The position numbers were made by a program, and so were the translations under genes. A stretch of DNA of 64,000 nt from Gemmatimonadota bacterium (GTDB taxonomy: Bacteria; Gemmatimonadota; Gemmatimonadetes; Gemmatimonadales; Gemmatimonadaceae): contig JADJRJ010000028.1 of NCBI GenBank assembly GCA_016712265.1, forward strand, positions 1,076,329-1,140,328. The letters are read 5' to 3'. The first letter of the stretch is position 1. Every line of letters begins with the position of its first letter. A model generated the notes under the pieces. It was not told the DNA's origin. It did no database searches and was given only the letters and a program-made list of their open reading frames with translations. Of this stretch, positions 28,197 through 38,379 are shown piece after piece.

Positions 28197-30398
28197 ATGC
28201 CCGTCGCCCGCCTCGCCCTGTGCGCCTGCCTAACGTTGATGCCTGGTGCCCTGGTGGCACAGGGTGGCGCGGTGGCGCCCCGAGTGGCCCAGGTCGTCCG
28301 CGCGGCCGCCGTGCCCACGATAGATGGTCGGCCGACGGAGTCAGCGTGGCACGCGGCTCCGCTCCTCGGCGGCTTTGTCCAGCGCGAGCCATTCGAGGGG
28401 CAACCCGCCTCGGAGCGGACCGAGGTGCGCTTCCTGTACGACGACGACTTCCTCTACGCGGCCGCCTGGCTCTACGACCGGGAAGCGTCGGCGATTGTCG
28501 AAGGGGAAGTGCGACGTGACGTCGACGTGTCCGAGATGGACGGAGTCATCCTGGTGCTCGACACGTTTCGCGATCGACAGAATGCATTCCTGTTCGGGAC
28601 GTCGGCGGGTGGGATCGAATACGATGCGCAGGTGACGCGGGAGGGGGAGGGCGGGTTCAGCGGGAACACGACCCGCCAGCAGGCCGGGGCGGGGGGTGGG
28701 CTCAACCTCAACTGGGATGGCAAGTGGGAGGTGCGCACGTCGCGTGACAGCGCGGGCTGGTATGCCGAGTTCCGGATTCCGTTCGCGACGTTGCGGTACG
28801 CGAAGGCCGGGCCGCAGGAGTGGGGACTGAACATCGTGCGGTTCATCCGGCGCCGGAACGAGGAAAGCGTCTGGTCGCCGCTGCCGCGCCAGTTCACGCA
28901 CCTGCGCGTCTCGATGGCCGGGACGTTGCAGGGTGTGTCGCCGCCCGTGCAACGGCCGCTGCAGGTCACGCCGTATGTGTTGAGCGCGACCTCGCGGCAG
29001 TTCGCCCCCGGGGCGGCCACGAGAAGCACGGGAGAGTTTGGCGGCGACCTCAAGCTCGGGGTGACGTCCAGTCTCGCACTTGACCTGACGTACAACACCG
29101 ACTTTGCACAGGTGGAGGTGGACGAGCAGCAGGTCAACCTCACCCGCTTCAACCTCTTCTTTCCAGAGAAGCGCCCCTTCTTCCTGGAGAATGCGGGCAT
29201 CTTCGCCGTGGGCACGCCGCAGACCGTCGACCTCTTCTTCAGCCGGCGCGTCGGGATCTCCGATAACGGGACCCCGGTGCCGATTGTCGGGGGCGGGCGG
29301 CTGACGGGCCGGGCGGGGGGGATGCAGCTGGGACTGTTGAACATCCAGACGGATGGGGTCGGGGCGATTGCGCCGGTGAACAACTCGGTCGGTCGTGTGC
29401 TGAAGGAGTTGCCGAATCGGTCACGCGTCGGACTGTTTGCCTCGCACCGTCGCGACACCGAAGGGACTCCCGATGGCAATACCACCCTCGCGGTCGACGG
29501 TCGGCTCGGCGTCGGGACGGCGTGGACCTTCGATGGCTACGCGGCGCAGACCACCACCGATGGCGCGCTCGGGACCGGTTATGCGTACGCGGCGAGTGGG
29601 GCGTACCTCACGCGGACGTGGGAGGGCGGGCTGACGTATCGCGAGGTGGGCGAGGGTTTCAACCCCGCGATGGGATTCATGGAACGTGGCGCCAATCGGT
29701 TCGTGAGTGCGCGAGTGCTGTACCACATTCGGACCCCGGGGGTGCGCTGGTTCCGCGAGTTCCGCCCGCACATCACCTATCGCGAGAACTTCGACCTCGA
29801 CTGGTTCACCCAGACGCGGTTCTTGCACTTCGACTCGCACTTCGAGTTCGCCAATGGGTCCTTCTTCCAGCTGCCGGCGTTCAACCTCACGCGCGAGGGG
29901 CTGCGGGCGCCGTTTACGATCGCGCCGGGGGTGACGATCCCCGCCGGGTCCTACACGAACGCGGAGTGGGGGTTTGCGTACAACTCCAACCTCAGTGCGC
30001 CGGTGTCGGTGCAGGGACGCATCGACCTCGGCGGCTTCTATTCCGGGCGTCGGGCGGGCGCGCAGGGAACCCTTAACCTGCGACGTGGCGAGACGTTCAC
30101 GGCCCAGCTGCGCTACAACTACTACGATGTCACGCTACCGGAGGGTGCCTTCTACACCTCGGTGACCGGGATGCGTCTGTCGTATGCGTTCACCCCGCGG
30201 ATCTACCTGCAGTCGCTGCTGCAGCGGAACAGCCGCACGGGCCAGTTCAGCAGCAACGTGCGGTTGGGGTGGCTGGGGGACGCGGGGACGGGCCTGTTTG
30301 TGGTGCTGAACGACACGGAACTGATGCGCCCGGTCTGGTCGTCCCAGGATCGCGCGTTGATGGTGAAGTTCACTCGGCAGTTCGAGTTGAATCGTTAG
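28197..30398 (+). CDS. DUF5916/carbohydrate-binding-family-9-like outer-membrane-associated hydrolase-like protein
   Basis: 733 aa with a signal peptide (MPVARLALCACLTLMPGALVAQ) and an N-terminal CBM9-like segment, followed by long beta-rich sequence. Confidence 0.6.
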   Translation: MPVARLALCACLTLMPGALVAQGGAVAPRVAQVVRAAAVPTIDGRPTESAWHAAPLLGGFVQREPFEGQPASERTEVRFLYDDDFLYAAAWLYDREASAIVEGEVRRDVDVSEMDGVILVLDTFRDRQNAFLFGTSAGGIEYDAQVTREGEGGFSGNTTRQQAGAGGGLNLNWDGKWEVRTSRDSAGWYAEFRIPFATLRYAKAGPQEWGLNIVRFIRRRNEESVWSPLPRQFTHLRVSMAGTLQGVSPPVQRPLQVTPYVLSATSRQFAPGAATRSTGEFGGDLKLGVTSSLALDLTYNTDFAQVEVDEQQVNLTRFNLFFPEKRPFFLENAGIFAVGTPQTVDLFFSRRVGISDNGTPVPIVGGGRLTGRAGGMQLGLLNIQTDGVGAIAPVNNSVGRVLKELPNRSRVGLFASHRRDTEGTPDGNTTLAVDGRLGVGTAWTFDGYAAQTTTDGALGTGYAYAASGAYLTRTWEGGLTYREVGEGFNPAMGFMERGANRFVSARVLYHIRTPGVRWFREFRPHITYRENFDLDWFTQTRFLHFDSHFEFANGSFFQLPAFNLTREGLRAPFTIAPGVTIPAGSYTNAEWGFAYNSNLSAPVSVQGRIDLGGFYSGRRAGAQGTLNLRRGETFTAQLRYNYYDVTLPEGAFYTSVTGMRLSYAFTPRIYLQSLLQRNSRTGQFSSNVRLGWLGDAGTGLFVVLNDTELMRPVWSSQDRALMVKFTRQFELNR

Positions 30399-30435
30399 GC
30401 ACTGTCCGTCTCCAACCACCGTCCGCGCCGCTACG

Positions 30436-31140
30436 ATGCCCGAAGCACCCGCCGATGCCCGGCGCTTTCCGTGGGCCGACCACCTTGGCACCATCCTGAC
30501 CGCCGGCTACCTCCTCCTGGTCGCCATTGGGATGTTCCACAGCTTGCTGGGATACCGACACTTCGGGATCAACATCCTCGACTACGCGGAGGCCAGCGAC
30601 TTTCTCCTGGCGCCGTTCCACGATCCCATGGTCATGCTGGTCACCGTACTGCCCGCGTTTCTGGCGTGGCGATACCTCGTGTTTGTCGAGCGGATGTCGC
30701 GCCGCGCCACGGAGCGCCGTCGAGCCACCGGCCAGGGGCTTGCGTGGTGGGAGAGCAGTGACGCGGCCAAGGCACGGATGAGGCCGTACGTACCGGTGAT
30801 GAGCGTCGCACTCGGGCTCTTCTGGGTGTTTGTGTCGGCGAGCTCGTACCAACGGATCAACGCGTACCGAGCGATGCGGGGACTGGGAACGAATGTCACC
30901 CTGGAGCTGTCGGACGGCACCCTGGAGCAGGGGACCGACGCGCGCCCCCTCGTCCTCATCGGGACCACCGGCCGATACGTGTTCCTGTTTCGCACGCAGG
31001 AGTTCCGCACCGTGATCGTGCCGACGGAAAGCGTGCAGCGCATCCTCCCGATCGGCTCGCTGCCGGCGTCCACCGTGGAGCGCCGACAGCGCACCTGGGA
31101 GCGGCTCGATCGCTCCCAACGCGACACGGCAGCGCCGTGA
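30436..31140 (+). CDS. membrane protein, hypothetical
   Basis: 234 aa with 4 hydrophobic helices in the first half. I recognise no family. Confidence 0.45.
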   Translation: MPEAPADARRFPWADHLGTILTAGYLLLVAIGMFHSLLGYRHFGINILDYAEASDFLLAPFHDPMVMLVTVLPAFLAWRYLVFVERMSRRATERRRATGQGLAWWESSDAAKARMRPYVPVMSVALGLFWVFVSASSYQRINAYRAMRGLGTNVTLELSDGTLEQGTDARPLVLIGTTGRYVFLFRTQEFRTVIVPTESVQRILPIGSLPASTVERRQRTWERLDRSQRDTAAP

Positions 31141-31145
31141 ATCGG

Positions 31146-32855
31146 CTAGGCGGCAGCGGGAGGTTCCGCGGCGCGATCCGCTGACGCGGCGTCGCGCGGC
31201 GCGTCTCCACCCAGGCGGCCCGAGGCCCCCGGCAGCTCAACGCCGGCGATCTCCTGCAACACGTTCATCATCGGCGGCAGGCTACGCGCCATCCCCTGCA
31301 GGAAGCCGGAGGCCCCGCCCGTACCCTGGCCGTTCCCGCTGTCCCACACGACCACCTTGTCGAACTTGATGTTCGAGATCGCCTTGGCCGATGTCTCCGC
31401 CAGGGTGTCCAGCTTCTCGATCATCAGCAGTTGAAAGGCTTCCTTGGCCCCTCCGGCCGCCGCGACCAGCTCCTTCATCGCGTCGGCCTTGCGTGCCAGG
31501 ATCTCGTACTGGCCGCGCGCTTCCGCCTCCAGCTTGACGAAGATCGCGCGTGCCTCGGCTTCGGCCTCGATGCGGCGGCTCTCCGCGGCCGCTTCCGCCT
31601 CGACGATGGTCTTCGCCTTGAACGCCTTTGCCACGGCCTCCAGGGCGGCCCGCTGCTCCGCCTCCACGCGCTCCGCGTCGGCGATGGCCGCGCGCGCGAG
31701 GGCCCGGTTCTGAGCCTCCTGGACTGCCGCCTCCGCTTCGCGCTTCCTCGTCTCCGACACCTGGTACGCCTCGGCTTCGCGAACCTGCAGCTGTGCGCGC
31801 GTCGTCGCGATGAGTGCCTGAGACGTCGCCTCGCCTTCGATAGCGCGCTGCTCCGCCTCGGCCACCGCGATGCGCCGTTCCCGCTCCGCGTCCTTAATCT
31901 GCGCGTCGCGCTCGAACGCGGCGCGTTGCTCCCCGATGCGCTGCTCCTTGTCCAACTCCGCCATGCGCACAGCCTGCTCACGCTCGGCCTGTTTCACCAG
32001 CGCTTCGCGCTGCAATGCCGCCGTTTGCTCGCCGACCCGCTGTTCCTTGTCGAGTTCCGCCAGGCGCACGAGCTTCTCGCGGTCGGCTTCGCGCATGCCG
32101 ATCTCGCGGAACTTGCTCGCCGTCGCCACCTGCACGGAGCGTTCGCGCTCTGCCTCGGCCACGCGCACCTCACCGAGCTTCTCCTGGTCCGCTACGTCAC
32201 CACGCGCCTGCTGCACGGCCATGGCGGCTGCCTTCTTCCCGATCGCCTCGATGTAGCCCGAGTCGTCCTTGAGGTCGGTGATGTTCACGTTGATCAACAC
32301 GAGCCCGATCTTCTTGAGCTCGGGCTCGAGCGAGGTCTGAATGCGATGGAGGAAGCCCTCGCGATCGCGATTGATCTCCTCGATGCGCATGGAGGCGATC
32401 ACCTGGCGCAGCTGGCCGAATATGATGTCCTGCGCCTGGCGCTTGATGAGATCGTGGTTGAGCCCCAGCAGGCGCACGGCGGCATTTCCACGCACCTCGG
32501 CCTCCGTGCCGATCGCCACCGTGAACACGCTCGGTACGGCGACGCGGATGTTCTCGAGCGACAGCGCATCCTTGAGCGGGATGTCGATCTGGATCGGCTC
32601 CAGGCTGAGGTAGGCGTACTCCTGGATGACGGGCCAGACGAAGGCTCCACCGCCCGAGATGCACTTCGCGGCGCCGTCGCCCCCGACGCGGCCGGAAATC
32701 ACGAGCACGCGGTTGGCCGGGCAGCGTCGGTAGCGCGTGACGAAGAGTGCCACGACCCCGCCGATCGCGGCCGTCGCCAGGGCTGGAATGCCGAGGGTCA
32801 CGAGCCAACCACCGACATCAGCCACCTGCAACAGGCCCAGTACGTCAGGAAACAT
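31146..32855 (-). CDS. flotillin-like SPFH/band-7 protein (FloT/YqiK-like)
   Basis: Start MFPDVLGLLQ (CAT at 32853-32855), an N-terminal TM, an SPFH domain, and a long Ala/Glu-rich coiled-coil (EA-repeat) region. Confidence 0.8.
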   Translation of the reverse strand: MFPDVLGLLQVADVGGWLVTLGIPALATAAIGGVVALFVTRYRRCPANRVLVISGRVGGDGAAKCISGGGAFVWPVIQEYAYLSLEPIQIDIPLKDALSLENIRVAVPSVFTVAIGTEAEVRGNAAVRLLGLNHDLIKRQAQDIIFGQLRQVIASMRIEEINRDREGFLHRIQTSLEPELKKIGLVLINVNITDLKDDSGYIEAIGKKAAAMAVQQARGDVADQEKLGEVRVAEAERERSVQVATASKFREIGMREADREKLVRLAELDKEQRVGEQTAALQREALVKQAEREQAVRMAELDKEQRIGEQRAAFERDAQIKDAERERRIAVAEAEQRAIEGEATSQALIATTRAQLQVREAEAYQVSETRKREAEAAVQEAQNRALARAAIADAERVEAEQRAALEAVAKAFKAKTIVEAEAAAESRRIEAEAEARAIFVKLEAEARGQYEILARKADAMKELVAAAGGAKEAFQLLMIEKLDTLAETSAKAISNIKFDKVVVWDSGNGQGTGGASGFLQGMARSLPPMMNVLQEIAGVELPGASGRLGGDAPRDAASADRAAEPPAAA

Positions 32856-33420
32856 CGTTTGCCTCAGGGAGGAGGGGGAGGGACGTCGCGACCACGAGGG
32901 TGTCCTGGTCGATGTCCGTGACGAGGATCGTCGTGCCACTGGTTATCGCCGGTCCAGGGGTCACGGCAGGGAGCTCAAGCAGGCGATCGTGCAATGCCAC
33001 CAACACCTTTCCCGCTCCTTTGCGCTGCGCAGGAATCGTAAGGTGCACACGGCCCTCGATGCCAATGGCGGATCCCAGGTCGAGGGTCTTATCCACTTCC
33101 AGCCGTCGGAGCGAACGCATGAGCCACGCGATGCCGGTCGACGCGCCGAGGCCGCTGGCGATGCCGAGCCCCAGCGCGAGGACCGGGCCAGTGCCAGCGC
33201 GGAGCGACGCAAAGCCGATGATGCCAAGGAACCCGGTGCCCGCCGCGAGGGCCCGCACGCTCAGCAGGTCCAGTCCATCGTGCGTGAGCGTGTGGGGGTC
33301 AGTCGACACGTCGTGCGAAGCCAGGTCATGGTCACCGCCCATGCCCAGAAGGCTCATCGCCAGTTGCGCGGTCAGGACGACCCCACCAATGGCAAAACAC
33401 GCAAGGAAGAACGTCGCCAC
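32845..33420 (-). CDS. NfeD-like membrane protein (flotillin partner, short form)
   Basis: N-terminal TM helices and a C-terminal OB-fold-like segment (GKVLVALHDRLLELPA). It overlaps the flotillin start by 11 nt. Confidence 0.65.
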   Translation of the reverse strand: MATFFLACFAIGGVVLTAQLAMSLLGMGGDHDLASHDVSTDPHTLTHDGLDLLSVRALAAGTGFLGIIGFASLRAGTGPVLALGLGIASGLGASTGIAWLMRSLRRLEVDKTLDLGSAIGIEGRVHLTIPAQRKGAGKVLVALHDRLLELPAVTPGPAITSGTTILVTDIDQDTLVVATSLPLLPEANDVS

Positions 33421-33534
33421 GAAACGCCTCGACCGAGTGTGCCCTCAAGCTGGGGTCCGCGCCCAGCCAGTACCAGTGGTGATGGCCCGGCTGGGCCGCT
33501 TGACTCGACGCCCGAAACCCGGTAGCGGCCCCGA

Positions 33535-34449
33535 CTAGGCGGTGTGCTTTTTTCGGCCGAGGAAGCGCCAAGCGAGTGCCAGCGCGATCGCCACCGGGAT
33601 GACTACGCCCAGCGAGCTGATCACCCACGCCACCAGGCCAACAAAGTTGCGCCACATGTCGCGGAAGGCCTCAGCGATCACGTTCGTCCCCGGGTTCGGG
33701 CTCACGAGGGGTGCCTTCTCGTGCACCGTGACGCTCAGCGTGCTGATCGCGACGCGCGTCCGGAGGAAGCGAAGTCGGCCTTCGTAGCGCTCGATCTCCT
33801 CGCGGACGCGGGCCAGCTCGCGCTCGACCGCCAGAACGTCCTCCAGCTTGCCAGCCCGGGTCGCGAGCAGGTTCACGATGCGCTCTTCCAATCGTTTGGC
33901 GTTGGCGACGCGTGCCGTGACGTCCACGAACTCCTCGCCGACGTCCTCGGCGGTCGTGTTGCTTTGCTCGACCTTGCCAAGGGGTGCCACGCCGCCCAGC
34001 GCATCGTCGAATCGCGCGGAGGGGACTTTCACCTCAATGGTCGCACTTCGGACCGCATACTCGCCGGTGCTCGTCGACACATTGCCGACATATCCGCCGA
34101 GGGTTGCCGCGAGCGTGCGCACGGCGTCGATCGCGAGTTCCAGGGAGTCGACCTCGATCATCACGTTCCCGTTGCGGATGATCATGTTGGGCGCCACGGA
34201 GTCCTGCCCGCGCACCGACGGGAGCTGGGAGCCCTGCGCTCCCCCAGGAGCCGGAGCGGCGACCATATCCGACGGCGCGGCCATGCGTGAGGCGACGGCG
34301 GGCCCGGCGTCCACATAGTCTGCCTTGGCTTCGAGCGCAGCGGCCGCGGGCGGCACGGCATTTCCGGTGCGCTCGCCGCAGGCGAATGCGCTCGCCAGGA
34401 GTGTGGCGCCGAGGAAGTGGACGAGCGGCGTTCGGGTCGAGCGGGACAT
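33535..34449 (-). CDS. DUF4349-domain lipoprotein
   Basis: Start MSRSTRTPLVHFLGATLLASAFACG (lipobox), a central coiled coil and a C-terminal TM helix. Confidence 0.55.
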   Translation of the reverse strand: MSRSTRTPLVHFLGATLLASAFACGERTGNAVPPAAAALEAKADYVDAGPAVASRMAAPSDMVAAPAPGGAQGSQLPSVRGQDSVAPNMIIRNGNVMIEVDSLELAIDAVRTLAATLGGYVGNVSTSTGEYAVRSATIEVKVPSARFDDALGGVAPLGKVEQSNTTAEDVGEEFVDVTARVANAKRLEERIVNLLATRAGKLEDVLAVERELARVREEIERYEGRLRFLRTRVAISTLSVTVHEKAPLVSPNPGTNVIAEAFRDMWRNFVGLVAWVISSLGVVIPVAIALALAWRFLGRKKHTA

Positions 34450-34582
34450 GGCAGGAGCTCCACGGAGAGTCGGGTGACAACAGGGAGACGTCACCGGCCG
34501 GGAAAGTTGCACACCCGGGGGTCGGTGGGGACCCCTTACGTTGGGGTGTCACAGGACCATGACCCGCTCGATGAGTGTTTCC

Positions 34583-36361
34583 ATGACGCGATACCTCACT
34601 GGATTGCTGGTTGGGCTCGCCGGGACGGCGTGGGCCCAGGCGGGCGGTGGCGTCCAATACGACGTGACGTTCACCCGGGCGCTCGCGGCGCGCCGCACCC
34701 TGCATGTGGAAGCCCGGTTTGCCAGCAACGGTTCGACCCCCCTCGTGGTCAGCCTTCCGGCCTGGACCCCCGGCGCCTATGAGCTGAGTTGGTTCGCGCG
34801 GAATGCCACGGCCTTTGCGGCGTCGGCGGGGGGGCGTGCCCTCAGCTGGGACAAGGTGGATCACGACACCTGGCGCGTGTTGCCGGCCGGGGCACGGGAG
34901 GTCACCGTGGCATTCGACTACCGGGCGGATTCACTCGACAACGCGATGGCCTGGTCGCGGGACGACTTCGCGTTCTTCAACGGGACCAACCTGTTCCTGT
35001 ATCGTGAAGGCGCGTCGCTGGAGGGGCCGGCGTCGGTGGCGATCCATTCCGAGCCCGGATGGAAGGTCGCAACGGGGATGCGCGGGTCGAGCGTCACGCG
35101 ACGGTACTCCGCGGCCTCGTACCATGAGCTGGTCGACATGCCATTCTTCGTTGGTGCGTTCGACCTGGACTCGATGAAGATCGCGGAGCGTTGGGTGCGC
35201 CTGGCGACGTACCCCGAAGGCAAGCTGGCCGGTGACGACCGCCGGGCGTTGTGGGATCAGGTCGCGCGGAGTATCCCCCCAATGGTTGCCGTCTTCGGGG
35301 ACCAGCCGTACGACGACTACACCAACCTGCTGGTCTTTGACGAAGGGACCGATGGCGGGAGTGCGCTCGAGCACGCGAACTCGCACCTGGGGATCTACAC
35401 GCCGTTCATCATCGGGAACCCGGCGCTGCCGTCGATCACGGCGCACGAGATCTTCCACCTCTGGAACGTGAAGCGCGCGCGGCCGGCGGAGATGTGGCCC
35501 TACCGCTACGACGTCGCGCAGCCGACAACGCTCCTCTGGGTGAGTGAGGGGATCACGGACTACTACGCCGATATCGCCCAGTTGCGCGGGGGCGTCCTCG
35601 ACTCGCTGGACTTCCTCGACGTGGTCCTGGGCAAGATGCTGGAGGTGGACGCGGCTCCTCCGGTCGCGCTTACCGACGCGTCACTGTCGACCTGGATTCA
35701 CCCCGTGGATGGCACGGCGTACCTCTACTATCCCAAGGGGTCGCTGGTCGGCTTGCTCCTCGACATCCACATCCGCGACGCCAGCGACAACGCGGGCTCG
35801 CTCGACCAGGTCATGCGGGACATCTACAACGCGAGCTGGAAGCGGGGACGTGGATTCACGGCAAGCGAATTCTGGGCGGCGGTCGCCCGCGTGTCGGGGG
35901 GCAGGGATTTCGCCGACTTTGCCGCCCGCTATGTCCATGGGCGGGAGCCACTGCCCTACAGCTCAACCTTCGCGCTGGCGGGGATCCGGCTCCAGGTGGA
36001 TAGCACCCGTGAGCCACGACTCGGGCTCTACACCGAGCAGGACTCCAGCGGCGTGCGGGTGACGGCCGTGGACTCGGGGAGCTCAGCCGAGTTGGCCGGC
36101 GTCCGGCCGGGAGATTACCTGCTGGTCATCGGGGACGTGCCGGTGACCGAAGGCTTTGGCGAACGATTCCGCGCCCGCCACGCGCGCGGTGAGGGACGGG
36201 AGGTGACGGTCAAGGTCCGGCGCGACGGCAGTGAACTGGTGCTGCCGATGCGGATCCAGATGGCCGTGCGCACGTCGTCGCGGCTGGTCTACGACGCGGC
36301 CGCGAGTGCGCGCGCCCGGCGCGTGCGGGCCGGGTTGTTGACGGGTCGAACGGGCCGCTGA
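34583..36361 (+). CDS. M61-family glycyl aminopeptidase-like zinc metallopeptidase with C-terminal PDZ domain
   Basis: A signal peptide, the HExxH motif (AHEIFHLWNV) and a C-terminal PDZ (GVRVTAVDSGSSAELAGVRPGDYLLVIGD). Confidence 0.7.
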   Translation: MTRYLTGLLVGLAGTAWAQAGGGVQYDVTFTRALAARRTLHVEARFASNGSTPLVVSLPAWTPGAYELSWFARNATAFAASAGGRALSWDKVDHDTWRVLPAGAREVTVAFDYRADSLDNAMAWSRDDFAFFNGTNLFLYREGASLEGPASVAIHSEPGWKVATGMRGSSVTRRYSAASYHELVDMPFFVGAFDLDSMKIAERWVRLATYPEGKLAGDDRRALWDQVARSIPPMVAVFGDQPYDDYTNLLVFDEGTDGGSALEHANSHLGIYTPFIIGNPALPSITAHEIFHLWNVKRARPAEMWPYRYDVAQPTTLLWVSEGITDYYADIAQLRGGVLDSLDFLDVVLGKMLEVDAAPPVALTDASLSTWIHPVDGTAYLYYPKGSLVGLLLDIHIRDASDNAGSLDQVMRDIYNASWKRGRGFTASEFWAAVARVSGGRDFADFAARYVHGREPLPYSSTFALAGIRLQVDSTREPRLGLYTEQDSSGVRVTAVDSGSSAELAGVRPGDYLLVIGDVPVTEGFGERFRARHARGEGREVTVKVRRDGSELVLPMRIQMAVRTSSRLVYDAAASARARRVRAGLLTGRTGR

Positions 36362-36377
36362 GCCGCGACCGGGCGGC

Positions 36378-36767
36378 TCACGGCGTGTAGGCGATGCAGT
36401 CGATCTCCACCTTCAGGCCGGGGAGCGGCAGCGCCGCGACCTGGACGGTCGTACGCGCCGGCTTGTGGCCCCCGAAGGCTCGTTCGTACACCGCGTTCAT
36501 GCGTGCAAACTCCGCCATGTCCGTCAGGTACACGTTGCACCGGAGCACGTGCTGCATCGAGGAGCCGGCGGCTTCGACGATGACGCGCACGTTCTCGAGC
36601 ACCTGGGCGGTCTGCGTCTCGATGTCGTCGCCGGCGAGCTGGTTCGTGTCGGGTCGACGTGCGCCCTGGCCGGAGACAAAGACCAGCCGATCGAAGCCGA
36701 TGGCGGGGACGTAGGGGCCGACGGGCGGTGTAGCGCCGGCGGGGAGGATGGCACGATGGGCGGTCAT
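36378..36767 (-). CDS. ridA: RidA/YjgF-family reactive-intermediate deaminase
   Basis: 129 aa with typical RidA motifs (PAIGFDRLVFVSGQ, RTTVQVAALPLPGLKVEIDCIA). Confidence 0.85.
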   Translation of the reverse strand: MTAHRAILPAGATPPVGPYVPAIGFDRLVFVSGQGARRPDTNQLAGDDIETQTAQVLENVRVIVEAAGSSMQHVLRCNVYLTDMAEFARMNAVYERAFGGHKPARTTVQVAALPLPGLKVEIDCIAYTP

Positions 36768-37270
36768 GGATGGGCGAGGAGGGCGCGCTTGAGCATGAGG
36801 ATCTGGCCGGCGTGGTAGGCATCGTGCTGCACGAGGCCGTTGATCATTCCCTGGTAGGTGTGGCCGGTGCCTAACGGGGGCGACTCCTCGTCACCCGCCT
36901 TGCGCTCCAGGAGCGAGGGATCCAGGGCGAGCACCGCCTCGATGACCTCGGCGTGCACCGCGTCGAGGCGTGCGAGCAATCGCGTCCAGGCGAGGTCGTC
37001 GACCGGGACGGCTGGATCCGGGAAGTCGCCCTCGTCCGGCGCCTGGGCGGCGCGGCCGTGGAGACGTTGCAGGACTTCGTTGGCCCACGCGGCGACGTGG
37101 TGGGTGAGGGCGTGGATCGAGTGGGCGCTTGGGAGGACCTTCGCCGTGGCCATGGCGGCCGTCACGCCGTCCAGAGCCTCGTGCAGGGAGGGGCCGTGCC
37201 AAGCGTTTCCGCGCTGGACACGGCGGAGCTGGTCGGCGAGGAAGACCCGAAGGTCAGTCGGCGGGGTCAT
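36764..37270 (-). CDS. DinB/YfiT-like (DinB_2) metal-dependent protein
   Basis: A four-helix-bundle His pattern (HALTHHVAAW ... HDAYHAGQI). Start MTPPTDLRVF. It overlaps the RidA start. Confidence 0.6.
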   Translation of the reverse strand: MTPPTDLRVFLADQLRRVQRGNAWHGPSLHEALDGVTAAMATAKVLPSAHSIHALTHHVAAWANEVLQRLHGRAAQAPDEGDFPDPAVPVDDLAWTRLLARLDAVHAEVIEAVLALDPSLLERKAGDEESPPLGTGHTYQGMINGLVQHDAYHAGQILMLKRALLAHP

Positions 37271-37284
37271 GGGCAGGATGGGGT

Positions 37285-38229
37285 TCAGTCGACGGGCGCG
37301 AGGCGGCCGCGCCGGTGGACCTGCAGGGTGAAGCAATCGGGACGGGCGTAGTGGCCGGTGACGTCCAGGGCCATTGACTCCTCCCGGATGCGAGCGAGGT
37401 CAAGTTCGGCGTGCAGGATGGCGGGGCGGTCGTACACGGGCTCCACGAGGTACTGCCCGTCCGGGCCGATGATGGCGCTGCCGCCGCGAACGATCCACGC
37501 ATCGGATGAAGGGACGCGCGTCGTGTCCACCTCGAAGCCGGTGGGCAGGGAGCTCCCCCGCATCACCGACGCCGCCACGAGCACGAAACAGCGCCCCTCG
37601 AACGCGTATTGGCGGGACGCCACCTGGTTGCGCTCGTGTGCGCCGGGCCAGGCGGCGACGTGGAGGTCCTCCCCGCTCTCATGCAGCGCCTGGCGAGCGA
37701 GGGGCATCCAGTGCTCCCAGCAGATCAACCCTCCGACGCGGCCCACCGGTGTCGGGACCGCGCGCACGCCATCCGCGTCGCCGAGCCCCCAGACCAGCCG
37801 CTCGGTGTGGGTTGGCATCAGCTTGCGGTGGTGGTTGAGCAGGGCGCCGTCCGGCCCGTACGTCAGGAGCGCATTGAACAACGTGCCGCGACCCGGCCCG
37901 CTCGCAACCTGTTCCGACACGCCGATCACGAGCGTCACCCCCAACGAGCGCGCCAACTCGGCGAGCGCCGCACCGGAGTCACCGTGTACGTCGATGGATG
38001 CCGCCGCGTACCGGGCATGGAGCGCCTTGGTGGGTGCATGATCCCAGAGTCCGATGTCCCGGCAGACGTCGAACCAGGCGGGGTAGCCGGGGAGCCAGGT
38101 CTCGGGGAACACCACACATTGCGCGCCACCCTCGGCGGCCTCACGAGCCAGCGTCCGGGTACGATCCAGGCATCCTTCCCAGTCTGGGAGAATCTCCCGC
38201 TGGATGATGGCGACGCGCACGCGGGTCAT
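37285..38229 (-). CDS. carbon-nitrogen hydrolase (nitrilase superfamily)
   Basis: The E-K-C catalytic triad context (VVFPETWLPGYP, HRKLMPTHTERL, GGLICWEHWMP). Confidence 0.8.
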   Translation of the reverse strand: MTRVRVAIIQREILPDWEGCLDRTRTLAREAAEGGAQCVVFPETWLPGYPAWFDVCRDIGLWDHAPTKALHARYAAASIDVHGDSGAALAELARSLGVTLVIGVSEQVASGPGRGTLFNALLTYGPDGALLNHHRKLMPTHTERLVWGLGDADGVRAVPTPVGRVGGLICWEHWMPLARQALHESGEDLHVAAWPGAHERNQVASRQYAFEGRCFVLVAASVMRGSSLPTGFEVDTTRVPSSDAWIVRGGSAIIGPDGQYLVEPVYDRPAILHAELDLARIREESMALDVTGHYARPDCFTLQVHRRGRLAPVD

Positions 38230-38379
38230 GACGGCAGATGGGAGAGGAGGGGTGCGGGAGGATGGCGTGTGCGCGTGGCGCGGCGCAAGCGGCCCCGGCG
38301 CATGTCCCCCGCGCTGCATCGGAGCCCCGGGTGGCTGGCGCGTCGTCCGGCTGCGGTCGCACGCGTGCTACCATTCGGC

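Noticed and set aside
28109-28318. 70-codon N-terminal extension of the amidohydrolase ORF, and the 5' extension of the DUF5916 ORF from 28011
   Set aside because: Signal-peptide-bearing starts exist at 28108 (minus) and 28197 (plus). The extensions would overlap each other on opposite strands.
37609-38379. Upstream part of the plus-strand ORF 37609..38763 (384 aa)
   Set aside because: It is antisense to the nitrilase gene. Only the C-terminal 127 aa (DUF423) from the ATG at 38380 look like a real protein.
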